NCBI GenBank assembly: GCA_002633005.1
Contig: NMRA01000678.1
Span: 3,613-67,612, forward strand
Direction of reading: 5' to 3'
DNA length: 64,000 nucleotides
Source of the DNA: Phoronis australis
Taxonomy: Eukaryota > Animalia > Phoronida
A program made the position numbers and the translations under genes. How positions within the stretch are numbered: position 1 is the first letter of the stretch; the number at the start of each line of letters is the position of its first letter. The notes beneath the pieces were generated by a model, which saw nothing but the letters and a program-made list of their open reading frames with translations, searched no databases and had not been told where the DNA came from. This document shows, one piece after another, positions 25,389 to 36,933 of this stretch.

Positions 25389-28215
25389 GTTACTCGTGGG
25401 AGGTCTACAACAACCGACTTTACCATTTGATCTTCGTTGTTTGCGCAGAAATAAAGAGAACTGGTGGGAAGAGTAAGTGAACAGTTTGTTTGCTGGATTT
25501 TTATTTTATGTTCTCAATCATTTAGACCATTATTTACTCCAGCTTTCAATGTATTATTTTTAAATTTTCCTCTCAAAATGGAAGTCTGATAACGGAAAAC
25601 CAAACACAAGTCAGCTTCCTTTAGTTTCGAGTGAATATACGCGTGTTTCGGCGTGATCAGAGTGATGTACTTTCACTCGACATTCAGTCTTGTGAAAATG
25701 CTTCACTTTGATCATGCCTCGACCAAACCATTGCCCATATTTCAACATGCGTCACATAAACTATTTTTACTCTAACAATTTTAAATCAGATGAATTTATG
25801 TTTTGTAAATCGCACTATTCTTTATGCTAGTTATATTGTCAATATTTACAACATAATTTATAAATTTGGAACAGTGCCCGAAAGAGAAGAATTCGTCAAA
25901 GCCCTTCAAGCAGATGTCCAAGGAATACGCGATGAGGTTAATTGGATCACTAAGGAAGTGACCTCCGAACTTCCACAGCTTAAAAAAGGCAAGCTAATCT
26001 TTTTGTACCATTGATACTGGTAGCCGCTTGCCAGACACGATGGCGACTTGCAGCAAGAAACTTGACTTATACAACGGAAATAGTGAGCATTATGGGTGTC
26101 ATCACAGGCCAACCGTTGACTCCCATGTTTCAACATTTTGAGTGGACACGCTTTCACTTTTCCGGTGACGGCCATTTTGATAATGTATCACCGCATATAA
26201 GTACTGATCGAGAGATTGTTGCTTGTTTTGCGTACACATTGCTGCAGGTGTGAGCTAACTCGAATTTCGAAACACCAGAGACACCTTGAGTGACTCACGC
26301 ATGATCTTCTTGAATCACCAGTCCTTTGTAATGTCGGGCGATAATTGAGAGTGAGATTGTTGTGAATCTTGACGACGATGAAAAAGGCTTTTGAGTTCTG
26401 AAAAGGCGTCCTGTTTCACTGCGCTTACGCACACACACAATTAGTTGTCACAGACAATCAAACGACAGGTTAGAGTATGCTTTTTAAATCTGCCGTAATG
26501 CCTGCTATATACTTCAGGTTTTATATCTGCAAGTTCAATTCTTTCTTTGCAGACGAACTGCTACGCCCCGTCAAGGTTGTGAAGGTGATAGCCGCCGTTC
26601 AGTACATGACCAATAAGATTGACTCGGAGTCCGTTAGCCTTACTTATGCAGTTGATGCCTTATATTGTAAGTTGAATTCATAACATTGCACCTTTAGTTA
26701 TTTAGCATCCAATTCTTGTCGCAAGTACGACTTACTCTTACACCAACTATTCAGATACTTCAGTCTGAAATTTAAAACAGTATTTAATCAGACCCTTGAA
26801 AGTAATTCAGGAAAAACGTCACATTTTCAAGGTTTACATATAACCAACTTTAGAATCGTCATACACGTATCTCAGAATTGGCTGATTGTTATTTAAATTC
26901 ACGAAATTACACGACGGAGATGTTACAAATTATGCCCCCCCCGCAGTTTCATTTATTTGCGGGCGTTTTCCTGGCAGGTGGGATTCAGTTGGATTTTCTG
27001 TCATCGTGCCTACTTTAGTTGTGTACTCATTCTCACCGTAACAGTGCTCTTGACACTAAATCGGTTTATCACGAGTTTATACCAAAGTAGATCAAATTGA
27101 ACTTAATGTTGTGTTTCGCCCTGTTTACTTGGATGAAAACGGAAATCAAATTGGGCCTTTTACTATCATGAAATCGGTCTCGCGATATTCCATACCGTGA
27201 CAGAATTCCATTTCCTTTACCACCAAGAACATCGGAACCATCAACGGCTCAAGAAAACGCTTCAGTGTTTATTGGTGTTGGCCAAACAAAAGATTGCGAA
27301 TTCGAAAATGGCGCGTGTACGTATTTACTGTGACTTGAGCTGTAATCGAAAAAAGAGTACCATCAGAGTAGGGAATATCTTGAGACCAATCTCACGAGAA
27401 TAAAACCCTTAATTCGGTTTTGCTATTCTGGCCAGCTACTAATAAAAGCAATGCAGCTTGGAGTTCGAGATCGGAGACTGCATTTCGGGTCGAGTGCACA
27501 GGCCTAGCAATAAAAGGCTCATTCACGATATAACGAATTCACATGGAAAAAACGAAATGAATTGAAAATTTTTTCATGCACTCAAATTTCCCTAAGATCG
27601 ACTTCTCCAGAGAATGGGCGGCAAGGGATGACGAAAAATAACGGATTGAAAGCAATGGTCAGATGAACTTCAGCATATTTCAGCGAACGTGGAAATTTCC
27701 CGAATGTATGAAAACTCTGAACCTATTCGTAGTGTACACTTATGTGACATTTCAGCGTACCTAACCAAGGCTGGTGAGGAGAAACCTACCGACAAAAAGC
27801 AGGTTCTGTCGGAGTTGCGTTCTCTGATGGACAAACTTTCTGCTCTCAAATGTTCTCATTCCAATGACGTTGAAAATGCTTTGAACAAGGTAATTTTTTG
27901 CATGTTCAGTGACAAAACACAGATTGACCAAAGCTTTTTTGTTTTCTTCTATTCCAATCAAATTTGTCGTTATTCGAAATATTACCGGTTTAGCAGGTCG
28001 AACATTTAAATGCTTGCTTCTCACACAAATTTTTTAATTAGTTGTTAATTATTTTTGTACGATGATTTCTATTTTTTGACCTCTTATTCCTTACTTTCAA
28101 AATCGACCTTTATACGAGCACTTTTTCTTGGTATTCGCTCTGCCAATTAGAGTGACTTGTTTTCTATAAAATTTAACAGGAGAAGGGGAGAGGACTTCCT
28201 GAACTTGGACAATGA
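25389..28215 (+). CDS. Orphan 3' half of the secreted helical-repeat protein gene; exons 25389-25472, 25875-25988, 26553-26666, 27756-27889, 28180-28215 (stop)
   Basis: Five exons with compatible phases (1-1, 1-1, 1-1, 1-0, 0-stop), homologous to exons at 47376-54221: (G)YSWEVYNNRLYHLIFV..MPEREEFVKALQADV..DELLRPVKVV..SYLTKAGEEKPTDKKQVLSELRSL..EKGRGLPELGQ*. No 5' exons were found upstream in the window, so it may be a pseudogene fragment. Confidence 0.75.
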
Positions 28216-28443
28216 CGAAGAAACGGACTGGAAGCGTAGCGTACTTCGTATGACGACAAAATCTAGCCGAAAGTTAAACCGATTAGTCGAGGACGTGTTT
28301 CCGTTGGAATCGAGTTCACGTTCAGATGTCAGAGAAGACCGGAAACCCACAACATTCATTAACACGATGGAATTAAGTACAAGTAGTTGAAGATTTACAG
28401 ACTTATTGCTACATGTAAGTGATCCTATAAATTTCACTCTAGA

Positions 28444-28449
28444 AATAAA
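28444..28449 (+). terminator. Candidate polyadenylation signal for the orphan terminal exon
   Basis: AATAAA about 230 nt after the TGA at 28213-28215, followed by a GT/T-rich tract at about 28468-28482. Confidence 0.5.
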
Positions 28450-28852
28450 CATTTTCAAAGTATCAGACGTTTGTTTTGTTTCCTTAATGTAGAGGTGTTT
28501 TGATCCTTTTTAACTATATAATCCCCTCTATTCAGACATTTGAAGTATCTTAACACCTGTTCTAAGCTTGCATGTGTATGTCACACGCATTATTTTGAAT
28601 GTACCCTCACATGCTTCAACAGGAGAATAAGAAATAATGACAGTAGCAATCTTCATTTAAACAAACACGTTTTAGTCAAGATGATGTGAAATTAAAATTG
28701 TATGTCAAAGTTGTCCACAAAATTAGCCAAGACAGAGATTCAGGGAGAACACAAGGGGTTCGGGGCCTTATCTAAGGACACTGTCAGCACACCGCACCTT
28801 CCCCTTCCAGCTTCCTAGATCCATAAGAGTTAGCGGTCACCATTCTTTACTT

Positions 28853-29530
28853 CAAGGGGGAATCATCAATTGGTCGGACTTCAAAATCACTTGCCCGTAC
28901 TTCAAAACCAGCTGGCTGGACTGCAAAACCGATTGACCGTACGTGTTCTAACTTGGTGGTTGGGCCTGAAAATGGGTTGGCCGGTATCTCAAAAGCAGAT
29001 TGCCGCACCCCAAAAATGGTTAGGCCGACCAAAAACGGGTTGGCCGGTGCTCAAACACAACAGGTGAACAAATCGCCGATTTTGTACAAAACAGACAAAC
29101 AGGTACAAAAAATGAACACCAGATGTCAGTTGAATTCTTTCTGACATTGAAAGCGAGACTCTGAATAAGTCCATCCGTCGTGTTTGATCACCGGCCTTCT
29201 GGTTGTAATACCGGTCATCGTGTTTAGGTCCATCCAACTATCGTGTTTTGAAATCCGTCTAACATCTTTGATCACCGGCCGTCTGCTTTTTGCAGTTCAG
29301 CCGATTGGTTTTGAAGTCCAACCAATTCTCTCGGATGCACATTGCCCCTCACTCACTTTTTCCGTCTCTCGGACACATTTCTTTACTCGTGCACGGACCA
29401 ACCCTTCTCCCGCAGATTGTTCCGTGCCCGCGGTGCCACTTCCCACTTCACGGACGAACTCGTCTACAGAGCTGTCGACTGCTTTCGTCCAAATTTTGTC
29501 TTTTAAAACAGAATTTAAGACTTAAAAGTC
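28853..29530. repeat. Foldback-like element of degenerate ~21-bp subrepeats
   Basis: g(g/t)acttcaaaac-type units on the left and inverted ggttttgaagtcc / tttgatcaccggcc units on the right. Confidence 0.5.
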
Positions 29531-30719
29531 TTAAAGTCACTTTTCATTAAATTGAACTTTGCTCTTCCTCTCCTACTTCACAATTATATGGTTAAGTTTT
29601 TAACGTGTAATTGTTAGCATTTCCCAGTCTAGAATTAATTTACACAAATTATCACAGTAACTAATAGATATGGTCATATTGTCAGATAATTTGTGCTTTT
29701 GCTTAAGCCAGTTTTAATTATTTTTTAGAAATGGTTTTGTAGAACGTAAGACTTGACTTCAGTCTGGGGCCCTCGATGCCTCAAGTTTGGGGCCGAATAT
29801 CTGCTTACCTTGCTTCAGAAAAATATTTCAAAATCAAGCGAAATTACACTCATCAGGCCTAAATTCCGCTCCATTGTTTAAAAAAATCCTCTCCAGTTCA
29901 GAATCACTTTTACCTACACGGTACTAGTCGAATTGGTGGCGACCGGGACTGAAAAAGATTCCAATCTCAAAAGGCACATGCACTTTTCCCTCAGGTGAAG
30001 GAGGGCAATAAAGTCTTAGGTCTTTTCATGAAACAGCCCCTCCCATTGACTCACTAGTCTTCAGTTGTGAAGACAGTTACTTTGTATGCTGTAATAGTAG
30101 TGTAGGACGTTTACCACTTCATAAACTTTGTACCAGACATCCCCTTTGTGTTGGACATTCAGGGTTAATGAACCAGCCTGCTAGACACTTTTGTTGACAG
30201 ACTGGTACTAACACGGAACTCGTTATTACTGGGCAAGTGTGGTACCTGCCCACCTGGCCTGCTTTTCAGGGAAACTAGCAGCTTACCATAGTTGGACTTT
30301 GCTTTCCCACCCAGATCTTGCTGCAGGGATATTTCTACGTGGTTTCCTTTTGTGTAAATTCATTTGTCTGCGCTTGCTCTTCAAACAGCTATTCCCTGTA
30401 TATTTTGTGCAAGTCTTAAAGTGGGTGTTTTTTACGTTTCACATCCATTGTTAGTGCATTTCACTAGTTAAGGCTCTATTGACTGCATGTCAAAATCCAC
30501 CATTTGACTCGCATAATAATCTAAAAGTTTGTTCGCTGTTTGTACTCAATTTTTTTCTCATAAAGGCGCCTGCACCACATTCCGAAACTACAGTGTCACG
30601 TGCATGTGCATTACCCTAAATTCAAAACAAAGTTCCATTTGTTCGCCATATTGCGTACTAAATCGCAGAGTCTTAACTGTAATTTGGGATTATATGGTTA
30701 ATGTAGTTGAAAAACTTAA

Positions 30720-32664
30720 AGGAGAATGCCACCCGATTTCATTAGTATTTTTTACCGTCTTAATCAGTCTGTATCCCCATCACCTCGTATACGGTCGATC
30801 TTACCTCGCCGAGTGGTGTCGGGTTAACCTGTGATGAAGATAAGAAACGACGTAGCGACGTCAGTGGTTCTTTTGCAGAGTGAGTTCCACTATGGTGTGG
30901 TTTATCGTTCCCACTTGTCCGAGCTATGAAGGTGCGAGGAAAGCGGGTATATAGTTTTTTCGATTTCCTCGAAAGCTCATCATGCTTCGGAAGTGACTCG
31001 CGGTAGTGAAGAATGAAAAGTCTATGCCGTTAATACCAAATATGAGGCCTTGAAACATCTCCGTGTCCGTGACCGGCATTTCGTTGACAGTGATTTCACT
31101 GACGATCGAATGCCGGCTTACTTAACAGCTCATGCCAGGGCAGAAAAAGAGACTGAGGCTGATTTTTTCGCACAAAAATCACACCATGAGTGTACCACGT
31201 ATCCGTGCTCGTTCTTCTAAGAACGCGGGAACATCTGACGATGGCCGGAGAAGAGACCGACCGAAACGTCGTGACAGTGTATATAGACTAGAGGTCGGTG
31301 TAAATTGACCAAGAGATTTTAATAATAGTGGCAGGCAAGAGGCAAACACGGATCGGTTGTTGATCAGTTTTTGATCATGCAGAATTGTAGTTGGCCATGA
31401 AAACAAATGAATTCAAGGCATGAGAACATAACATGTTTGATGACTGACTCGTTCGCCAGGCTTCTGTTTGGTCCTGGGTGTAGGATGTTTTCGCCAGTTC
31501 TTTTTCCCAGCTCTAAAAATGTCGTAATTAAACCTGTGTTCAGATACGGTGCAAAATCAGGATGGTCCGTGAGACACATTTGCGCTTCTCTAAGAAGGCG
31601 TTTCACTTGCGGAATTTCGAAGCAGCAAACTCAAGCGTCAGTCGTTTCCATTATCGTGCAGTTAGCGTACTGACACCATGACAAGCCATTCAAACGGTTT
31701 CGGAACAGTCAATGGGTTCCGCGTGCACGTTCACGACACCTCTCTAGTATTTCAGTGTATTCCGGTTCGAACTGATAGCCTGAGAAACCTAACATCGACC
31801 TGTGAAGTCTTCGTCGGATGAGCACTCGTCTAAGCCGGGATTGCGAGTTGCCACTTTGACGTTCATTAATGTGCGCTCTGTTTCAAAATGAATTATTCTC
31901 ACCCTAACCAATGCTTATATAAAACTGAAACAAAGTCTGTCTCATTAGATACAATTTGTAATGCCTTTGAAGTGTTCGTGAGTGTAAATGTTTTTGAGAA
32001 GCCAGCAATGAATGAGTCACTGCTTTACGGGCTTTAGATGTAATAAACTAATTGACCGGGCACTGAGGCCGTGTGAGCGCATGTTAATTCAGTGTTTGCT
32101 GACAGAAAGCTGTTGTGAAACAATAACTCTAGGAAATCTTTATTTAGAAATTCATATACATTTTTCGAATCATTGGTACAGTACAACTTTTGCCTTGACG
32201 GTTTTGTAGAACGGTAACCCGACTTCGTGGCACCGACGAGCTAGTAAGTAAGATTTGCAGTTTCGCGGCTAAGTCACTAAAATAATTAGGTGCATGTTAT
32301 TTCTTTGGCTCACCAGTATAGTCTTTTCGTGACTGGAAGTTTAGTTTCCAACTTTGACTGGTTTATGTTCGTGATGTCTTCAGTCCTGCCGCGACAGCCC
32401 TGGCTGATCGGGTTCCGAGCGTTTTGTGATCAGAACTGAAAAAATCGCAAGTCTAAAATTACAACGCACAGATATGTTCTCCTCTCTGTATTTCCTGGTC
32501 GAAGAATTCGAATTTATCACCCAACAGACCCCAAACTCCCGCGACCGACCTTGGTAAATTTCCCGGCTACCAAACTTTGTAGGCTACGGTACGTTCCATT
32601 ACCTACATGTATAAATCCATAACAGCGAAATAAAACAACACCTGTTTTTGGGTGACATTCTCCT
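30720..32664 (+). mobile_element. Kolobok family B, internally deleted, with THAP (+) and KolX (-) remnants
   Basis: TTAA|AGGAGAATGCCACCC ... GGGTGACATTCTCCT|TTAA. Plus strand about 30892-31100 gives a degenerate THAP (..VPTC..FFRFPR..LRV.DRHF). Minus strand about 31500-31690 gives WCQYANCTIMETTDA*VCCFEIPQV..CLTDHPDF (KolX / P2X7-tail-like Cys motif). Confidence 0.85.
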
Positions 32665-34449
32665 TTAAGGTTAGAGGTTTAACAATGATTCTGTTAGCAA
32701 GATAGAACTGCATTACTCAATAGGTTAGAGAAAGCTCTACACGATAGGAACAAAGTCAAACTACTTTTATCCAAAAAGTAATTAGTAGACACATTGAAAG
32801 TAGCACCTCGTTCAATTTTACAGAGGGCGTGTTAGAGTATGAAGGTAAACCGTGTTCTGAAGTGATTTTATTTTTGTGCCTCCAAAATTTTGTTAATTTC
32901 AAGATCATTTCTTTTCATTAGCGTGCAGCGTTCGAGTGTGATGAAAGTGTCGCCCTTTGTACGTTACTGTATCTTTCCCGTGCGGGATGTGCTTGATTTG
33001 TTTATCTTTGAGGTCACGTGCTCAGCTCATGGCTCATTCCAAGAAACTGACTTATGTTCGTTTTTGACTTAAGTCTAAGATTTTTTTCAACTTACAAATT
33101 TTGAAACTTCCAAATTGAAGTTTTATTTTAGATTTGACTTGACTTGAGTTTGTCTTGGCTAAGTCAGTTTTATTGGAACGGGCCCTATGTGTCCAGGTGT
33201 TTTCTGACAGTGGTGGTGCTCTTACTTACAGACTCAGAAACAATTGTTTTTAATATGAATGGTTTGCCTGGCGTTTCTTGATATACCACTCCATCCATAT
33301 TTTAAGGTTAATTAATCAACCAAGATAGCTGTAGAAAATGATATGCATAGATAATGCAGGCCATGTTAAATGAGTTACTAGTTACATTTGAAAATATTTC
33401 ACCTCATATTTCACTATGCGGTCAAATAATGTTAAACCCTTGAGCTTCTCCATGTTTAAAGGTCCTTTCCTGATATGAATGACAAAAGTGAAGCATGCCT
33501 TAGGGAAGTTGTACCTGGAGGAATATCACAAGTATTTAGGTTTGTGTGCGTGCTGACATAAGAACCTTTCCCATACCAGACGCCCATTCTGTACTTTTGA
33601 AAATTCCCATTTATATAAGCTGATCCACCTTTCTACAGTATTTACCTGACAAGTGTTATGCAAGAAAAATGTTTTGTAAGAAGTTATGCAAGACTGCAGG
33701 CGTGTTCAGACTGGTCTCAGTAACCACACAAGTGTAAACAAGTGTGGTAATATTCCTTTCAATAGTCAGACAATTGAGATAAGAAAGATAGTGTGATCTT
33801 AATAAGTACAGGTAACACCGATCAGCTGACACGGAACGAGATGTTCCAGTGCAAACAGGACTGACACCTCGGTGACAACTTTTGCCACCCGTTTTGTGAG
33901 TTAGAGCAATTTGCGCTCGATCATCTTGCTCCGTGTCAATTATATGACTAAACGCGAGACTGGGGCAAGGCGGAAAGGATCATCTACACTGCTCTTGTGC
34001 AATGACCTACATACGGGTTCTCTGGCTCTGCAACTCCCGCCATTTGTAAACCTGCGCATGTGCGTTCCCCACACTAGCCTATAACTTCCGTCTAGCTATA
34101 GTTAGTGAGCTGTGTGTGTAAACGGCCGCTTGACACCGATCAATTTGCTCCGTGTCAGTTGCGCCGGGCCAGTATTGCTGCATCCCAGGTATTTCCAAAT
34201 CTCAGAAATCAGATGTTGTGCCCTTATGCAATCAGAAAACCCCAGCATGTTGTGTAGTCCTTGTTGACAGACCTTCAGTGGTCCTTTTCAGACACGATCG
34301 CTGTGTCTGTGATCTTTGTACCGATAATTGCCCAAAAGGACTGATACCAGCAAATATGAAAGTGGCACTTGGCAAAATCAAATAAAACTTTGTCACTTTC
34401 CCATTAGACGCGAAACTTCGCTTTTACCAAAACTGACACAGACGGCTGG

Positions 34450-34610
34450 TAATTGTTGTGTGATGGGGGTACTCTCATGCAAATCACAAAGTGCATGCCT
34501 TTTCATGGTTGGTCAGTTGAATTAAGTTTGTGAATGACTGACCAATGAGAATTGCGCTTTCTTGGCTATACATTGTGGTGCGTCACCTTCTTTGGAAAGG
34601 ATGGATGACG
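34450..34610 (+). repeat. Dispersed repeat shared with about 23478-23625
   Basis: tgttgtgtgatgggggt.ctctcatgca.atcacaaagtg..ttttcatggttgg..tgaccaatgagaattgcgct occurs at both loci. Confidence 0.75.
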
Positions 34611-36885
34611 AAACTCGTCCTGTGTTTTAAATTGATGAATGTAAATGAAAGTTTATCCTTAAACTACTCTGATGTTTAACGCGAGGAACATCTCTCAGCG
34701 GCGGCACGTGCAATTGTTTATGCCAAACTAGTGCAGGTTCTATTCGGCGTTACTATTCATTTTCGTAAGCTTGCCGAGAATGTCCCTTTAATGGTTATTT
34801 TCTTTCAGAAATTTAGCAAAATTGAATTCTATTGTTTCTCAAGCTTTCGCTGAAATCAAGGCAGATGTCTTTAACATTTAAATACGCTTACAAAATACTG
34901 TATTTCAGAGCTTGATTTGTTTGGTTTGAAAGATGAGAATCAAAAGTAAAGTAAAACGAGAATTGATTTCACGAGTAACCCTGCTTCACGATTAACGAAC
35001 TGCCTCCCAGGTCTCCAAAATTTTCAATGAAGTGTCTCTTCCCTCGGCGCGATTCTCGACACCTCGGTGGCCTCCGTTTAGCCCAACATCGTATTAAGTT
35101 TTGCTGGCTGAGGATCCTGCAGGTGCAAGCCGGGGACATGGCCTCAGTGATTTGTGCTAGACACGTGCACGTTCATGTTTTGGTAGTCAATGGCTAACAG
35201 GGGTTGAGACCGTAAAGGCTGGCTGTATATTTGTAACATTGTGAACGCACAATCTCGTCCACATACCGGCGGAGTTTCAATTAATCCTCAAGTAACCTTT
35301 TATAATGAGTCACTATTTTCCAAAGCTTTCACTTGGCTCCTAACATAGGATACTTGTCAAAACATTTTCAGTGATAGACATTCGAATAGTTCGCGATACT
35401 TATACTGATAGGGCTCCTTGCTATCGTTTACAAAACGGGGGGAACGTTCCTCACGTAAATAACGTGCGTAAATTAATTATTCATCGCGTACATTAATTAT
35501 CAAAGGCGTAAAATGGACATTTATGTGTTACAAACGTAGATACTTCGTTTAATTTTTTCATCCTCCTAAATTTATGAATGTTTTAACATTAAAATGATGT
35601 GGTTTGGCACAGTTTTAGTACATCATTGAAGTTTTTGTATTTTCATTATTTCGTATTTTGGTGTTTGCCTACTACAAATCTTAAAACGGGTCACGGAATT
35701 AGTTTTTCCGTTACAAACGCTTTTTCTTCACGTGCTCTTCCCTGCGGCGTAATCTTGTCTCGGCACCTCCATGGCACCTCCAAAGGAACCTCAAAAATGA
35801 TAACGCGTAGCTGCATATGCTACTTAGTACTGAGATTTTACCGTAGTCAACAATTTCTCCCGACACATTTGGAGGTAAATAAATATTATGTCCCATTTTC
35901 AATTACTTACGTGACGGGCGTGGAACTTTCCCCATATATGTTTTCCTGGCAGTGATTTCCAGAAGTATCAATGGTGCCCGTAACCCGAACAGGGGGAAGA
36001 GGCAACATGTTGATTAATTAAATTGATGATATTTTTAGATGTTTGCTTCTACAATTACGCATTTATAATGATGTCTGCGATTTAGGACCCTTCTGCAGAT
36101 CGCAATGGAAGCAAAGTGGGGGCTAAACGTAAACACGATAGGGGTGCAGTGCGACAACTTAGTATTTAACCACGCTGTGACTCTTTTTACTTCTCCGCCA
36201 CACATCACAATGCCTCGACTCGATAATTCTGCAGTTGTTAAGAGGGAACATGAGACCAAATCGTCTTATGTCATTTTCATGAAACAGACCCCTGGGTGAA
36301 GGTTGCGCAAGTGCACTGACATAGGGATCTCAAAAATACTCCGCTGTGTTTTTGCAAGACAAAATTAAATATGTGTTCGATTGCAGAGGAACTTGAATGA
36401 CCAGTCGCATAGAGATTGCAAACTCATCAAATTCAAACACTGTTCTCAAGTTCAAACATTAAGTTGAATCTTTCAGTTTGGGGTACTCAGAATCACGCGC
36501 AAACTATCACGACGGCGGAGACATTCGACGGCGTTAAATCATTCGTATAATTAATCTTTCTTACTGGACTCCGAAGAGAAAATAGGAAAGAGTTGGAAGG
36601 GCGTTTGGAAGCACACTTCATAGTCATATGAAGTGTTGTGGCTGAGTTTTCTGAAAATCTATTTTGTCACTTGTATTAATAAGCAAAACCCTGGATTTCT
36701 GAACTATAGATAATTATGTAATCTCCTCAATGCGGTATTGCATCACGTATGTTAAAATGGTATCTTCCTTCACGCAACAGACAAATTTTAAAAGGGTTTT
36801 AGAAACCTGTTCACATGAAACATTGTAAAAGCCAGTCTACAACTGACCGGGGGTCACTGGCTCGTTTGAACGACGTGGAAGAATC

Positions 36886-36933
36886 ATGAAATTGTCACTA
36901 GTGGCGTTCTGCTTAGTTGGAGCTGTTGCTTTG
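36886..36933 (+). CDS. Exon 1: signal peptide MKLSLVAFCLVGAVAL
   Basis: atcATGa start context, basic residue then hydrophobic core, TTG|gtaagc phase-0 donor matching the next exon (CSA/RP cleavage). Confidence 0.8.

Noticed and set aside
28213-28216. Programmed +1 frameshift or selenocysteine at CAA-TGA-C
   Set aside because: No antizyme-like shift site or SECIS recognised; an ordinary stop with a downstream AATAAA is simpler.
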